From Lama guanicoe (Eukaryota), in NCBI GenBank assembly GCA_013239625.1, contig MU057344.1, positions 932,276 to 996,275 of the forward strand: a stretch of DNA of 64,000 nucleotides. The letters run 5' to 3'. This document shows positions 11,521 through 25,600 of this stretch, piece by piece (positions within the stretch are counted from its first letter, which is position 1; the number at the start of each line of letters is the position of its first letter). A program made the translations under genes and the position numbers. The notes under the pieces were generated by a model. The model saw nothing but the letters and a program-made list of their open reading frames with translations. It searched no databases and was not told where the DNA came from.

Positions 11521-14500
11521 ACGACAACAGGTAAGTAAGAGTCAGTGTCTTCCCGCTGGACGCAGACCTCTGCAGCCTGGGGGCCTTCCCTGCACAGGAG
11601 TCCCTTCGGGTGTGTGAGCTGCTCCAGTCTGTCCGAATTCCACACACAGAGAAATAACTTTGAAGGACAGGTCCTGGGGGCAGTCTCCGCTTTAGGAAGG
11701 AAGATGAGGGAGTCAGACTAGAGGTGGAAGCTTTTAAAGACTCGCTGAATTGTGCTGACGGGCACGTCCATTGTGAGCAGGTATGTTTTCCTTTTTGCAG
11801 TAATTTTGGCTGCATTAAATTCATCTTTGTTAACATCTTCATTACTGCCTTTGCAGTTTTAGTCAGAATTGATGACGAACAAAGCGCCATGATTTCGACT
11901 ATTCAGACCAGCAGCTGCGTGGAGCCAGCGCCTAGCCAGCGCCGTGACAGGCTCGGTGTCCACGAGCTGCTCGTGGCACCCGTGAGGACCGACCATACTC
12001 AGAGCTGGGACTTGGCTCCGGGGGAGGGTGTCACCCCGTGCCCTCAGATTTCAGCTTGAGCAGAGGTGGAGTGCATCTCTTGGTTTTTGGAGGTTTCCAG
12101 GCGGTGCCGTCCCTTTCAGAGCGAGGGAGCGGCACGCTGGTGATGCTGTTGCAGCTGGAGAGAGCGCGGACAGTGGCCTGTGTTCCTCTGTGCACAGCCT
12201 CACGCGAGGACCACATCCAGAGTCCTCTAGGTCCTGAGGCACGGGCAGCAGCAGTGGGGCTGGCCAGGTGAGGGGCTGTGCCCCGTTCTCCTGAGATGCC
12301 TTGGGGGAGGGGCCGGGGACCAGGCAGGTCAGCACTGTCCTCGCTCGTCCAGGAGGCACTGGGCTGTGGCCAGAGCAACAGGGAGGGCTCGTTCTGAGCA
12401 GGGGGCTCACGCCACAGCCCCTCGGTCCTGAGCCTGCTCCAGGGACATGGGGGACCTGGGCGTCCAGATCCAAGTGCTTCCCCTGTGAGCAGGCGCCGCC
12501 CGAGCACTTGCTGTGTTAGGAGGCTGCAGGCCAGCCTGAGCAGCCTGTGCAGGCCTGGGCCTGGACCTGGGCCTGGGCTCTGGTCAGGGACATGGTGGCT
12601 ACTGTGCTGGTCTGGGCGCCGGGGGAGGCCCTGCTGCTGCCCCCCCCCAGTGGAAGTTACTCACCCCTGGAAACACCCACCCCAGGTGTGCCTGGCCCCT
12701 GCCGGGCGGCCTCCTGGGTGCGTGTGCACCCCTCACTCCGCTCCTCTGTACAGGCTCTGCACGGGCCCAGCTGGCGTCTGGGTGAGGGGCTTCTGCTGGG
12801 GGCTGGGGTGGGCCGGCCACGGCTGCACCTGAGTCGGGGTGGAGCGCAGCACCTGGGGTGGGGAGCGCTGGCTGCCGGGCCGATTGCTTCCTAAGTCGAA
12901 AAGGGCCCTCAGGGGCTCATGGCCACCAGGGCAGTGGTGTCCAGGGGCACAGGGCCTCGTCCAGCTCCCCACAGTGCCGCGCTGACCGCAGGGAGCCCCG
13001 AGGCAGGAGGCTGTGAGTGCTGGCCGTGACGAGGAAGGCAGGTGGGGCTGGCGAAGACCACTGCCTGGTGCCCACCCCCCTGGTTGGTGCCGTGGGCCCT
13101 GAGTCGTTCAGTAAGACCATCCTGAATCATATTTGATTTGGTTTGTGGGGGCGGGGACGAGTCCCCCGGCCTGGATTGACAGCAAGGTCCTCTCCCAGGC
13201 GTGTGTGGTGTTCTCCCTTACTAGCTGGGGGAGGGCTGCAGAGCAGGGCCCCAGTGGCCCTTAGTGGGGAGCAGGTCAGAGCTGCTCTCTGAAAGCTGAG
13301 GATCGCCTGGCCAGGCCCCAGGATGCTCGTGCTGGCGTCCCGCTGCCCTTCATGACGGTGGCTGCTCAGTTCTGCTCAGGTGTCCTGGCCGCGCTGGCCC
13401 CCGGTGTGGCCGGGCAGTTGGGGCTCTGGAAGCGCACGCGCCTGGCTCCCTGGGCTGTTCGGGACCTGCTGTGATGTCCGTCGTGTGTGTCTGGGCAGCG
13501 TCCAGCAAGCCCTGAGGAGGCCACAGAGCCAGGGGCTGGGCGGGGGCTTGTGTCCCAGCCGCTCTTGCTTCAGCTCTGGGAGGGAGGGTGTGGTTCAGGC
13601 TCTCACTCCCTGTGCCCCAAGTGAACCGGTTAGGATGACGATGGCTTCTCAGAGACACGAGTGTTGACTCGGAAGTCGGGCCGCGCAGCAGGTGCTCCGG
13701 CAGCTGCAGAGCCCCAGGAGGGCACCGCGGCTGCGGCTGGGCCGCGCCCCCGGCTGGCGTCTTGGCGTCGCGCGGTGGCTCGGGCTTGCCCCTGTGGACG
13801 GACGAGGCTCCGGCAACGTCTGGTCTTGGCTTGTAACGACGTGGGCTCTCCCCCACGGAGAACAGGCTCATGCCGCTGCTGAGGACCCGCCGGGGTGGCG
13901 GTGGCCAGCCCGGCCTCCTCCTGCCTCGCTTGTCGTGGTGCGTGGGCTGGACTGCGGGGGCAGCCCCGTGGAGGGCGGACTGGATGAGTGCTCACGGTCT
14001 CTGCACAGACGCCTGGCGTCCCCACGCGCCCCTCCCTTGGTGACCGTGCCCTGGCGGACGTGGTCTCACGTGGACGTGCTGTCGGGTGGACGCCAGTGGC
14101 ACCTGCTGTCGTCCTGTGCGAGGGGCCCTCCTGCTCCGGCCGCCCTGCCCGTCCTGCCCTCTGTCCCTCATCCCGTCTCACGTGAGTTGGTCTGGGAGCC
14201 GCTTGTCCACCACCCAGGCCAGGGGCTGGATGCAGCCCTGGTGACCTTCGCGGGCCTCTCCCAGGTGCGGGGGCGTGGCCACAGGTCCCCCTCTGTCCCC
14301 GTTTATGAGAGGTCAGGCGGTCACAGTGGGTGATGAGGCCAGCAGGCCCTGGGCCGCCATCTGGCGATTGTAAAACGGGCAATACACATTTTTGGAGGGG
14401 GGATGGTGGGGGAGCGAACTGCAGACGGTGTCAGGGGCCCAGGGGCCGCCCTCCTCGGCGCCTGCGGGCAGACACCTCTGTGCCCTCCTCTCCCGATGTC

Positions 14501-17500
14501 TGTGCCGAGGGTGAAAAGTTCAGGCTGGTCTCTGGAGGGAACTGGGGGTGAGGCGGGGCAGCAGCCTGCTTCCTGTCCTCGGCCATGGGTCCTGGGGGTG
14601 GTGTTCTTTGCAGGACTCAGCTTGACCATCTGTCCGCGGGGCTGGGCCTCAGGGCAGACAGACACGGTCCCACGAGCTGGCCAGGCCTGTCAGACGACTG
14701 GGGCCTGCGGTCACAGTCTGCGGTGCACTCTGTCCACTGTGGGTGGCTGGAATGGGGCCCCCTGGGACATGACCTCACCTGCGGTCAGGCCAGCCCTCAG
14801 CTGCCACTGTCTCCTCCATGCCTGCCTTCCCTGCAGTGCCAGGTGGAGGGCACCTGCCCCCAAGAGGTGTGCTGTGGGTGAAGACTCCGCATGGGGCAGA
14901 GTCGGGGTGCGCAGCCCCTGTCCTGCGGCCTAGCGGGCGGCCTGGCGCTCGTGCCTTTGGAGCTGTCCTTCCGGGCGGCCTGCTGGGTGAAGGGCCAGGT
15001 CGGGGCCTGGAGCCACGGGACCCTGAGCACAGAGGCAGAGGCCCTAGTGCTCGCCAGCTGTCCTGCGCTGACTTGGACTCCTTTGTGCCGAGCTGCTCCT
15101 GCCTGCCGGACCCTTTGTCCCTTTGAACCCATCAGCGCCCAGACTCTGCTCCGTCCCCGTGGATCCTCCAGGGCTGAGATGAAGCCCTGGTCCCTGGGGG
15201 TTCCTGGGTGGCTACCCAGCCCACAGGGACTTGGGGGACCCGGGGTGCCCCTCCTCCTGTCTGGGTCGGAGATGCTGTGACCTTTGTGCAGATGGCAGAT
15301 GTGGGGGGACGGCCACCCAACCAAGTTTACAGAAACTGGCTTCTTGGAAAGGGGACCCGGTCCCCAAAGCACAGGCGCGTCTTGGGGGCGAGGGGCGGGG
15401 CTGAGGATGTGCTCTCCCATTTGCTTGTTTCTTTTCCCAGGGACATGGCCCTTGGGGCAGGTGCAGGGCTGAGCCCAGGGGCCTGGGGGGCAGTGCCCTG
15501 CCCCCCGGCCCTCCCTGGCCCTGCAGGCCCGGGCCCTGCAGAGAGGCCAGGTCGAAAGGTCACTGCCCTGATTTTTATGCCGAGTCGTGTGTTCTCACGA
15601 CCCTTCGCCCTCCGCACAGACGGTCCAGGCTGGGGCTTGACATGGCCTTTCAGGGATGAAAAACACACTGAAAGATCTGAATTGCAAGCCACTGAGGTGA
15701 AATGTTTCAGTAGCTGAAAAACGGTGTTAAAACTGAGAAAAAACACACATTGTCTGTCTGGGCCTAGGACAAAGAGACACCAGAGCAGTGGGGACGGCAC
15801 CACCTGCTGAAGCCACGGGAAAGGTGGCTCTGGGGGCCGCATTCGGATGTGCAGGGATGCGGGCTTCTGTGGGCCCAGGCATGGGAAGGCCTTTGGGACT
15901 TTTCTTAAAAAAAAAAAATCAGAGTGGGCAAGTCCATGTTTTCACATGGCGACTGATTGCCTGAAAAACTGAAGTGCCGCCCTGTGCCCTTGGCGTTCTC
16001 CTCGACATGCCTGCGTGTTTAGTGGAGACCGAGCTTCCCCGCCACCGCGCCAGCGCTTCATCTCCTCTCAAGAGCCCCGTTTCTCTCCCCGCCCCTGCTC
16101 CTACCCGCGCTGGCCTGGCGTCTCTGGACCCTGGAGCAGGGGAAATGTTTGTGCTCCCAGGACCATGGTTCAGCCACGCCATGACCTCTGACAGTGCTTG
16201 CAGCTAGCCCACGTGACCCAAGGTGCTCTGGCTTGCCGCCTCCATTCGATGTGCCCCTTCCCAGGGGCGGATCAGGTGGCCGGAGCCCAGGGTCCCAGAT
16301 CGGGAACCGCCTTGTGGTGCTGGGAGTCGGGCACGGGCTGCCTGGTGTCGCGTCGCCCCAGGCTCTCCCTCCGCAGGGGAGCGCCCGGTCCTTCCTCCCA
16401 GGCCGCTGGGGGCCCCTCGCCTGCTGGCCCCGCACTGAAAGCCCAGCAGCCCTGCGGCGGCTCCCTGAGCTCGGAGGGGCCCCCACGTTTTGATCCGCGA
16501 GGACTGGCTTCCATCCCGCTGCTCACACTGCGCTCGGGTGCGCTGGGGACGCGAGGCCAGGACTCTGTGTCTCCGTGGAGGTGGACATCACTTCTGGTGG
16601 GTCTGCACGCACCCCGGGCTGGGGGCAGCTGGCCGAGCCGGCTGAAGTCTTGACCCCAGTGGTTTTCTGTCTGGCCCACCTGGGCTGTCGTCTTGGGCCA
16701 GGTGCTGTGGGATGGAGCCTCGAATTTCGGGACGAAGGATGTGGCAAGAAGTGGCCAGGGGCGAGGTGGCTGGGCTGGGATCTGGTCAGGGAAGCAGTCT
16801 GTGCTGGTCTGCGCCTGTGCTGACCTCCTGACCCCTCCCTGGAGGCTTGGTGTCCCCGTGGCTGGGCCTGCTCTGGCTCTGCACCAGGACTCCCGGCAGG
16901 TTCCTCGACCCTGGGACAGCGGCCGCCTCGTCCGCCACGTGCTGCCCTGCATGCAGAGGCAGGTCGGGTGTCGGGGAGGCGTGTGCAGTAGGCTTCTTGC
17001 CTGCCCTTCAAAAGAGAGTGTCGGGTGGACCTTGAGCTCGGCCTGAGGGCTGGCTATGGGTGGGCCCCTGGGTGACCCCAGGGGGCCCTTGTCTCTGGAA
17101 GTGGTCATCACGGCATCCCGCCGTGTGCAGCCTGGTGGCCCACAGTGCATGAGGCAGGCTGGGCTCCAGGGTGGGGGTGGCCCGGGTGGGGCACAGAGCT
17201 GCAGGACCAGGAGGGGCAGGGCGGGCGGCCTGGACAGGCTGAGTGGGCACAGCTCCCCGCTGCCCCTAGCCTGCCGAGGGGCAGCCTCTTGCTTCCGCTG
17301 CTCTGCCCAGCTCCCAGCTCTGTCCTTCATTTTTTGTGTTTGCTGTGAGCAAGGCTGGAAGTGCTCCTGTATTTGGGGAAACCTCCCCCAGACGTTGGTT
17401 CTGGTCCCTTCTGTGGGTTCCAGGGCGTCTCAGCAGCAGAGCCTGTGCGTGCTTTGCCTGTGATCAGGCAGACGGGGCCTTCTCTCACGTGGTGTCCAAG

Positions 17501-19254
17501 GTTCTGGGTCCATGCTGTGGCCGTATGTCCCCACAGCAGGGGGCCTGGCAACGCTTGGCCACGTGCATCCCTGTGACGTGTTTCCTGATGTGGGATTCAG
17601 GTCAGGGCCTGCATGGTGTGAGGGCCAGCGAGATGGACATTACCGTCAGCCCCATGCTGGTCACTGGTCAGTCAGTGGGCCTGGAAGGGACTGCGGGAGG
17701 GAGGCTAGAAGTGTGGACACCCCCTGCCCCGCATCCACCTGTCATTACGCCCTCTGGTCAGCCCGTGGCCATGTTTGTGGCCTCCTTGCTGTTCTGAGCA
17801 CAGTTCCGTGGCCCCACCTGGGGCAGGAGCAGCTGTGTAGGGGAATCCAGGGGCTGCTTCAGCTGGACAGGCTCGCCTTGGGGCCCGCCATGGGAGAGGT
17901 GATGGGGGAGTGGAGGAGGGGCTCCAGTGTTGGAGTGTCCAGCCCTGCCTAGTTGACACTGCAGCAGGAAGGATGCTCGTTTGGCCTTGGGCAGCGGGCT
18001 CTGACCACGTCCCCACCCATGAGTTGTGTTTCCAGAGGTCCAGAGCCCCAGCTGGGTTCCCCCGAGGAGGAGCCCCCGCACCTCGGCACAACAGGGCGGG
18101 CGGCTGGGGTGGGTGGCTGGGGTGGCTTTGCGTGCTGCCCTGCCCTCTGTCTCAGCCCCCCGGAGTCCTGGGGCAGGAGGCGGCTGTGGGGGTTTGGGCT
18201 TCTCCAGGAACATTCTGCATCTTTAAGTATTTGCTGGAAGCTGAGGAGGGGCCTTGGGGAGGGGCCTGGCCCAGCAGACAGCAGAGCAGCTCACCCAGGG
18301 AGAGCCCCTCCTCGCGCCTCCTCCCAACACCTGTGATGCCTGTGCAGGGACCCCTGCAGGCCCCTGTGGCTGGGCCGGAAGTGGGATGGGGCCCTGAGGG
18401 GAGGCCTGTCCGGCCTGCAGGACGCCTGGGTTGTCCTCTGCCTTTTGCGCTCGGGGTGGAGGGGCCTTCATCTCTGCCGCAGGACCTGCTGTCTGCTTTG
18501 GTGCAGATCAGGCCCTCGCTGGCTGTGCCCACAGCCCGGGCACGTGACGCAGGTTTCTGGAGGGCGGTGGTCCTCCCCTCTGGGGGCGGTAGGGCAGGGC
18601 CCCCCCGCCCCCGCCCCAGGTGTACCAGGACCCCTTCTCCGCTCTCTCCAGTCACCTGCTACAATCAGATCATTTTCTTGGTGCTCAGCATTTGTCTCCA
18701 AAAGGGGCTAGGGCCAGAGAGTTAAAATAGGAGCTGCCTGGGCGGCTGGAGCCCCAGAGGGAGGTCAGAGTGCCTGCCCTCCCCCACGGCCCCGGGGTCC
18801 TCCAGGCCCACCCGACAGGGGTCAGCGGATGGTGAGAAGTGTGGAGAGCACGATATGCCCCTACTTGGCTGGCAAGCTCTGCCCAAGGTGGTGCTTGGTC
18901 TCGTCTGTGAGTGCTGCTGGCTCTCCACGGAAAAGGTGTGACCTCTCCTGTAGCTCCAGTCCTAACACTTTCAGGATCCCTGGCCTTTGAGGCATTTCTC
19001 TTTTGTTCCAAAACTTGAGGGATTCTTGGGTCCCTGTATCTGCGTGTGCATTTGGAGTGGGTGTCGTGTTTGTGTCTCTTGGCCTCTGGCTGCTCGCCCT
19101 GCGAGGATGGGGTGGGGGTGGGGGTGTTTACGCCCCCAGACTTACCCCGCAGAGCGAGGAGATGGGGTGCCCACCACCACCAAGTGCCACACTGCAGGGA
19201 AGGGTCTCAAGCTGACTGTGGAGAAGACTGCTTTGTTTAAAAAGAGAAGCTGTT

Positions 19255-20306
19255 TTTTAAAACGTATTTTTATTGAAGTACAGTCAGTTTACAGTGTTGT
19301 GTCAGTTTCTGGTGCACAGCACAGTGCTTCCGTCACATGGGAACGTACATGCATTTGTTCTCATTCCTCGCCACAGGTTACTGCAAGACACCGAACATGG
19401 TTCCCTGTGTTGTACAGTATGAACTTGCTTATCTATTTTACATATATTAGTATCTGCAGATCTCGAACTCCCAATTTATCCCTTCCCCTCTTCCTCCAGT
19501 GGTAACCATAAATTTGTTTTTTATGTCTGTGAGTCTGTTTCTGTTTTGTAAATAAGTTCTTTTGTCTTTTTTTCTTTTTGGATTCCTCTTACAAGTGGTA
19601 TCATGTGATATTTTTCTTTCTCTTTCTGGCTTACTTCACTTAGAATGACACTCTCCAGGTTCATCCATGTTGCTGCAAGTGGCATTATTTTATTTTGTTA
19701 ATGGCTGAATAGTATTCCATTGTGTAAATAGACCACAACTTCTTTATTCAGCCATCTGTCCATGGACATTTAGGCTGTTTCCATGTCTTGGCTGTTGTAA
19801 ATAGTGCTGCTGTGAACACTGGGGTACAGGTGTCTTTCCGAATTAAAGTTCTCTCTAATATATGCCCAGGAGGGGAATTGCTGGATCAAATGGTAAGTCT
19901 ATTTTTAGTTTTTTAAGAGATCTCTGTACTATTTTCCATAATGGCTGCACCAAACTGCATTCCCACCAACAGTGAAGGAGGAATCCCTTTTCTCCACAGC
20001 CTCTCAGCATCTATCATGTGTGGACTTGTGAATGACGGCCATTCTGACTGGTGTAAGGTGATACCTCACTGTAGTTTTGACTTGCATTTCTCTGATAGTT
20101 AGCGATATTGAGTATTTTTTTATGTGCTTGTTGGTCATTTGTACGTCTTCATTGGAGAACTGCTTGTTTAGCTCTTCTGCCCATTTTTGGATTGCGTTGT
20201 CTGCTTTTCTTCTTAGTAAGTTATAGGAGCTGTTCGTATATTCTGGAGATCAAGCCTTTGTCAGTCTCATCTTTTGCAAATACCTTTTACCATTCTGTAG
20301 GTTGCC
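19255..20306 (-). mobile_element. Younger 5'-truncated LINE-1 (3'UTR plus ORF2 end), antisense
   Basis: Starts with tttttattgaagtacagtcagtttaca. Contains tggctgaatagtattccattgtg, cattcccaccaacagtg and cattctgactggtgtaaggtgatacctca. AT-rich relative to its flanks. Confidence 0.92.
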
Positions 20307-22489
20307 TAAGAAAGACTATTTTAAACTTTCTAAGCTTAGAATTTTGGTGCATGTCCGTCCTTGAAGACATCCCCTGCTTTGAGGTTGCTCGCAGCCTGTG
20401 CAGATAACGAGCACACTGGCCTTTCCATTTGCTGGTGAGTGCAGCCTGGAGCTCCTGTCCTGTCCTATCTCTGTATCACTCTTGCTTCATGCCTCTTGGC
20501 CCAAAGTGGCTGCTCAGGCGAAGCCTTCTCACCCACTCACCAAAGAGGCTGGCACCCTGCTTTCAGCCTTAGGACAGGACGCAGTCCTTTGGCCTCAGCT
20601 CCTTACAAGGCATCTTCTAAGCTGAGCAGGGTGTGCAGGTTCAGGCCTGGCCTTCTCTGTCCTTGCCGCAGGGCCTGCAGTCCAGCAGCTGAGATGGGCC
20701 CTGGGGCCAGACCAGCAACGTGCAGATTCCTAAACCTGATTTGAAGACCACTCCCAGGGAGAAATCCCTGCGTGGCCACTCAAGTCCCTCACTTCGCACC
20801 ACCCTCCTCGGGGTAGGGGGCCTGTCCTTCCTGTTGTGAAGACAGAGGCCTCAGCATGGCCCTGGCAAGGTGAGGAGAGACAGAGCTGCCCCAGGGCTGA
20901 ACAGCAGGGGCTGTGCGCGGTCATGCTGCCCAGAGGTCCAGGCTGTCAGCCACCGGTGTGGTGTTTTGACTTTTCATAGGTGCCCACTGGGGTCCCATGC
21001 AGACCTGCTGCCTGTGCCTACTGCCAGGGGGTGGGCAGGAGCCCCGCTGAGACCCAGGGCATCTGCGAGATCAGCCTTGGCCTTGGGGGTGGGCCCCGAG
21101 ATTTGAGTCCGGCTTCCTTGTTACAGCCGGATGCAGCCCTAACACCCCGCCAGGGAAAGAGACCATCCTGGCCTCCCTAGGGCTCAGGCGCCCGCTGGAC
21201 GGCCAGCACTGGCTGAACTCCAGAGAGTGGCCTGGGAATGCTGTGTTCCCATCACCCGGAGCTGCGGACCCTGGAGCAGGAGATGGTCACCATGTGGCAG
21301 CCATTGCCTTAACCCCTAGGAAGCTCGGACTGGGGAAGGCCAGAACCCAGGGAAAACCCTGGTGTCCCCAAGACACCCGGGTCGTATGACAGCTGTAGCT
21401 GGGCTGCATGGGACAGATGGATGCGTCCACAGATGCCCCTTCAGGCTTTGCTGCACCCCCAGAGCTGTGTGGCCATGTGGACCCCAAGGAGTGACACCGC
21501 CCAGGTTCTTATGACTTGGCCCCAGGGGCATTGCTACGCCAGCTGGGTCCCTCCCTGCTTGAGCTTGTAAGTCAATTTCCCGACTGAGTTCCGAGCCAGG
21601 TAGAAATCTTGTCGCCCGCTGACTTCAGAGGAAGATTGGGATCTTGTGTCCTCGGGTGGAGAGGGCATTTTTACAGCCCTAGGGAGGAGCTGCCACCCCA
21701 CCTCCTGGAGCTCCGGTCACTCTTGGCCCTGCACACACTGCAGGTGTTTCTGGAGCGATTGTCATAGGCCTGGTATCTTGGTGGCCCCAGGGTTCATCAG
21801 TAGCAGAGCGGGGCTACCCTGGGCCTCCCAGTCGAGCTAGGGCAGCTGAGATGCTGGGTAGGGCCAGTGGGGCACAGTTGGGGCTTAGTGTCCAATGACT
21901 GGACAGTCGTTTTCGTGTCTGGGAGGAGGGCCTCCCGTAGCCGCCGTCCTGAAACCCTGTGGTGTGTGGGCGCTTCGCTGGTCCAGGTCTCCTCCGAGCC
22001 TCTGGGCATCCCTGCCCCCAGTGGCCTGCGGCCCCTTCCTGCTGGGTCTTTAGGGGCATTGGCAGACACCCTGGAGGGAGGGGACCAGGACGAGAACCCC
22101 TTTCAGCCCCGTAGGCTTTTTGGGCACCGTGTCCTCCATCCCCCATTTCCCAGCCCTGGCGCCTGGGGCACCCGGCCCCATCCTCGGTTTTTGCTGCTCC
22201 TCTCTGAGCCTGCCAAGAATGTCGGGAAATTAGGGGGAGGGGGACGCAGGAAATGCCTCCTTCCCTCCGAGGACAGCTCCAGCTGCAAGTGCAGGGCTGG
22301 GGAGGGGCACGGGCGGCGGAAAGTTGTCCCCCCGCCAAGGCAAACCCGCACCTCCCAGCGCTGCAGACAGAAGGGCTCTTTCTCCCTCATTCTGGCCCCT
22401 CGTGGACACCCCGCGAGAGGGGATGTCGAGGCTGGAGTCGGCGGTCTCCTCTGAGGGAAGTGAGTTGTTTGTCTTCTAGCTGCTTAAAG

Positions 22490-22670
22490 TGGGGTCTCTT
22501 AAAAAGCAGGTGAAGTGGGGGCACTCCTCCCCAGCCATCTGTGTTCATCGTTGTTCAGGAGACACGTTTAGTGGTCGGGGTGATACCCCTTCCACCCGTG
22601 ACACGCTCCTGCGTGGGCTGACTGCAGCCCCTTTCACTGTCGCAGTCACTGTCGCCAAGGGAGGGGCTGA
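22490..22670 (+). mobile_element. Short, highly diverged L1 ORF2 3' fragment
   Basis: Peptide DTLLRGLTAAPFTVAVTVAK resembles L1 TCTRMFIAALFTIAK. Confidence 0.4.
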
Positions 22671-25600
22671 GCATCCTCGCCGTCCCTGCGGGAGCCTGGC
22701 CCTCGCATGTGCACGTTTTTAAAAGGTGAGCCCATTGGAGGAGACAGCTGAGAAGACAACTGTAGTGCGGGTGTTAGAAATAGAACAGGAGACGCCAGTC
22801 TTCCTAATTTGATCATCTGACGAGTAAGTGAGGGTCAGAGACGAAGTGGGGTGGGGGGTCTCTGCTGTGACCCAGACCACCGTGAGCAGAGCAGGTCCAC
22901 GCCTGGTGTGAGAGGCCCTGCCCTCCACCCCCGTGCAGGGAGGTGGTCCTTGCCTTCATGCAGCGGGAGGAGGGGCCCGGGGGGCGGGTAGTAGTGAGGG
23001 GACGACATTGTGCTGGTGGCACCGGCCAGGGCTGGGGTGGGGTCGGGTCAGGTCCTGGGTTGGGGGCTGTCCTGGGGTGCTTTGCTAGGGGTAGCAGTAG
23101 GGTCTCAGGGCAGCTAGGGGAGGGCCACATCGTTATCCTGGGGGGGGCGTGCTCGGGGTCAGTGACCCTGCGACACTGAGCTCCACCGCCTGTGGCTCTG
23201 AGATGCCAGAGCCTCTATCGCTTGGTCTCCAAGACGGAAGAGTGGGTGTGTGGGTCTCCATCTGGGCCGTGCTCAGGCCTGTAGCACACGTCCTGGGTCC
23301 TCTCAGGGTCCCCCTGGGCCCAGCCTGGCCCACACAGCCACTTCCCTGGGGCTGTCCAGGGCCCATGTCCCCTCCCCACCCCACTGAGCAGTGATGAGTG
23401 TCGGGCAGGAGGGGCCAGGTCCCCCTGGAGACCCTCGTCCAGGCGTGAAGTGATGTGGTGCCATCTGTGTGGTGTGATGTTGTCCCTTTACGAGGACTCA
23501 CCCTGGGGGCCCTGCCTTTCTGCATGCTGGTAGGAGGTGTCGAAGGGTCAGGGCTGGGGACAGGCTGATGGATTCTGGGCTCCCGTTCTGGGTCTCCAGT
23601 CATACCTTCGGGGACCCGTGAACTGTCTTCCAGCCTGGGCTCTGGGGATACGCCAGGGGCACGCCAGCGATGACTTTGCTGGTCCCTTGGCGGCCTCATT
23701 GCCACAGCCGGAAGTGGAAGCGGCTATCACTCGAGCTTTGAGCTGCCCCGCGGCTGCCCTGTCCCGGGCTGGCCAAGCCGCTGAGTGTTGTGTCGGTTTC
23801 TATGGAGAGAAAACAGCCCATGTCTGCCAGGAGGGGGAGGGGGGGTGGCGCAGGCGCCGAGGAAGCAAAACAGACCTGGCCGCGTGGGCGGGGCCGCCCT
23901 GCCGCTTCCTGGCTGGGAGGCAGTGGCCCTGCGTGGTCCCCCAGCTGCCCGCTGGGCCTCGTCTCCGCAGAGGCAGTGGCTGAGCCGCCCGCACCACCTT
24001 TCCTCCACGTGGGCCCCTGGGCCCCGGGGGGCTGCCTCTGGCAGCTGCGGAGGTGGGGGCAGCCGCCTGGGGCCCGCCCCTACAGGGGGAGCGCAGCTGG
24101 GCTGAGAGGGTCTGGCTGGGGCTGTCATGTGACAGCAGCTCAGGGTCGTCCTCCTGCTCGTTCTGGACACTGGTCCTCCTTTCTCCCGGGGCAGTTTGCA
24201 GGTGTGGGTATGACGGCCACTGTGAAGGCAACTGCCGAGGCTGCGTCCCCATCTCCCCCTCGCTCCATGCACCAGGTCCACTGCCTGGGCCCCGCCAAGA
24301 GCCCTTCCAGTGACCCCAGCGTCTCCTGCCACCCGATGCCCTGAGGAAGCTCCCTGGTGTGAGCCCCTTCCTCCTGCCCCAGGAGACCAGTGTCTGGGGA
24401 GGGGGCAGCGACAGGCGGGGTCCGCGCTCCCCCTGCAGCCCTGTGGCTCTGTCAGTGGCCCTGCGGGCAGGGGAGTTCAGGGACCCCCAGCTAGGTCCTG
24501 GGTGCTTAGAGGTAAGAAGTGACCTCCACCGTGACTCGAGTTGGGAGCCCAGAGGTGTGCTTTACCACTCTGCTTGGACCTGCTCAGGTGTTGTCGGGCG
24601 CCGGCCGGGCGCGGGGTCTGCGTGGTGTGCTGAGCTCTGCTCAGGGGCAGCCTGAAGCGTTTGCAATGAGGTGCGACCCAGCCGCCGTCTCTCCAGGGAT
24701 GTCCCGCCTCCCCATGCCGGCTCTTCGCTGCTCTCGGACTCTTCCTTTGAGGGATTTTTCTTGAGAGATTAGAAAGTGGTTTCCAAGCTCCCTCGTCCGG
24801 TGTGAGCTGAGGTTCTGCCGCGAGGCCCTGGGCTGGGTGGCCCCGGGTCCGAGGACCGAGTGAGCGGAGGAGGCCCCCCCCCCCGAAGCAGGAGGAAGAG
24901 CCCAAGCCCCTGTGGTGCCTGCCCGTGGTCTCTCTCTGAGGTCCCTCAACGCACGGGGGCAGGGCCCGTCGACACTTAATGTCATCTCAAGTGGAGAGAA
25001 ATTAAACATGTAAATTACTGTCCTGGGTCTGTCTGTCCTTCTCTGTGCGGTGCCAGTTTTCAGTGCAGATGTGAGCATGTTGAGCGTGGTGCTGGGTCAC
25101 TGACCGCACGGCTCTCTCCTGTGCCCACGCGTGCACGTGCGCTCTGTTGCCACCCGGATGGTGGAGACGCAGCTGCAAGCTGACTCGGCCCTCTCCCCAA
25201 CACCCACCGCCTTCCGCGTGAGGACTGGGAGCCTGGCACCTGTCTCTCCCCCCCAGGTCTCTGTCTCCAGCTCCTTCTGGGCTATGTGGGGTGGGGGACG
25301 CATGGCCCTTTCCCTGACAGAGGGAAGCCCTGGCATTGGGGTCTTGCTTCACCCTGGCTCCGGGCACGCCCGCCCCGATGGACTCCACATGCATAGTAAC
25401 ACTGGATGGAAGGTGGGGTTATCAGAGTCCCGGATGACCGCAGTGGAGATGAAGGCCAGTGAACGATGCATGCCTGAAGCCAGCCCTGCGCATCTCACCT
25501 TCAGGGTGAGAGGTAAAGGAGCAGAGGCCCAGTGCATGAGTGCCCAGACTGCCTCTCCGCCCTCCCCTGCCCCGGGGTCCAATGTCCTGGGTTAGGAGCC

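Noticed and set aside
11781-11800. GT...AG mini-intron or recursive splice site (CAG|GTATGT...TTTTTGCAG)
   Set aside because: 20 nt is too short for spliceosomal removal, and the donor lacks an upstream pyrimidine tract.
16272-17330. 352-aa - strand ORF and other 150-330 aa ORFs in SKI intron 1
   Set aside because: They overlap in several frames on both strands, have GC-driven composition, and show no domain or exon structure.
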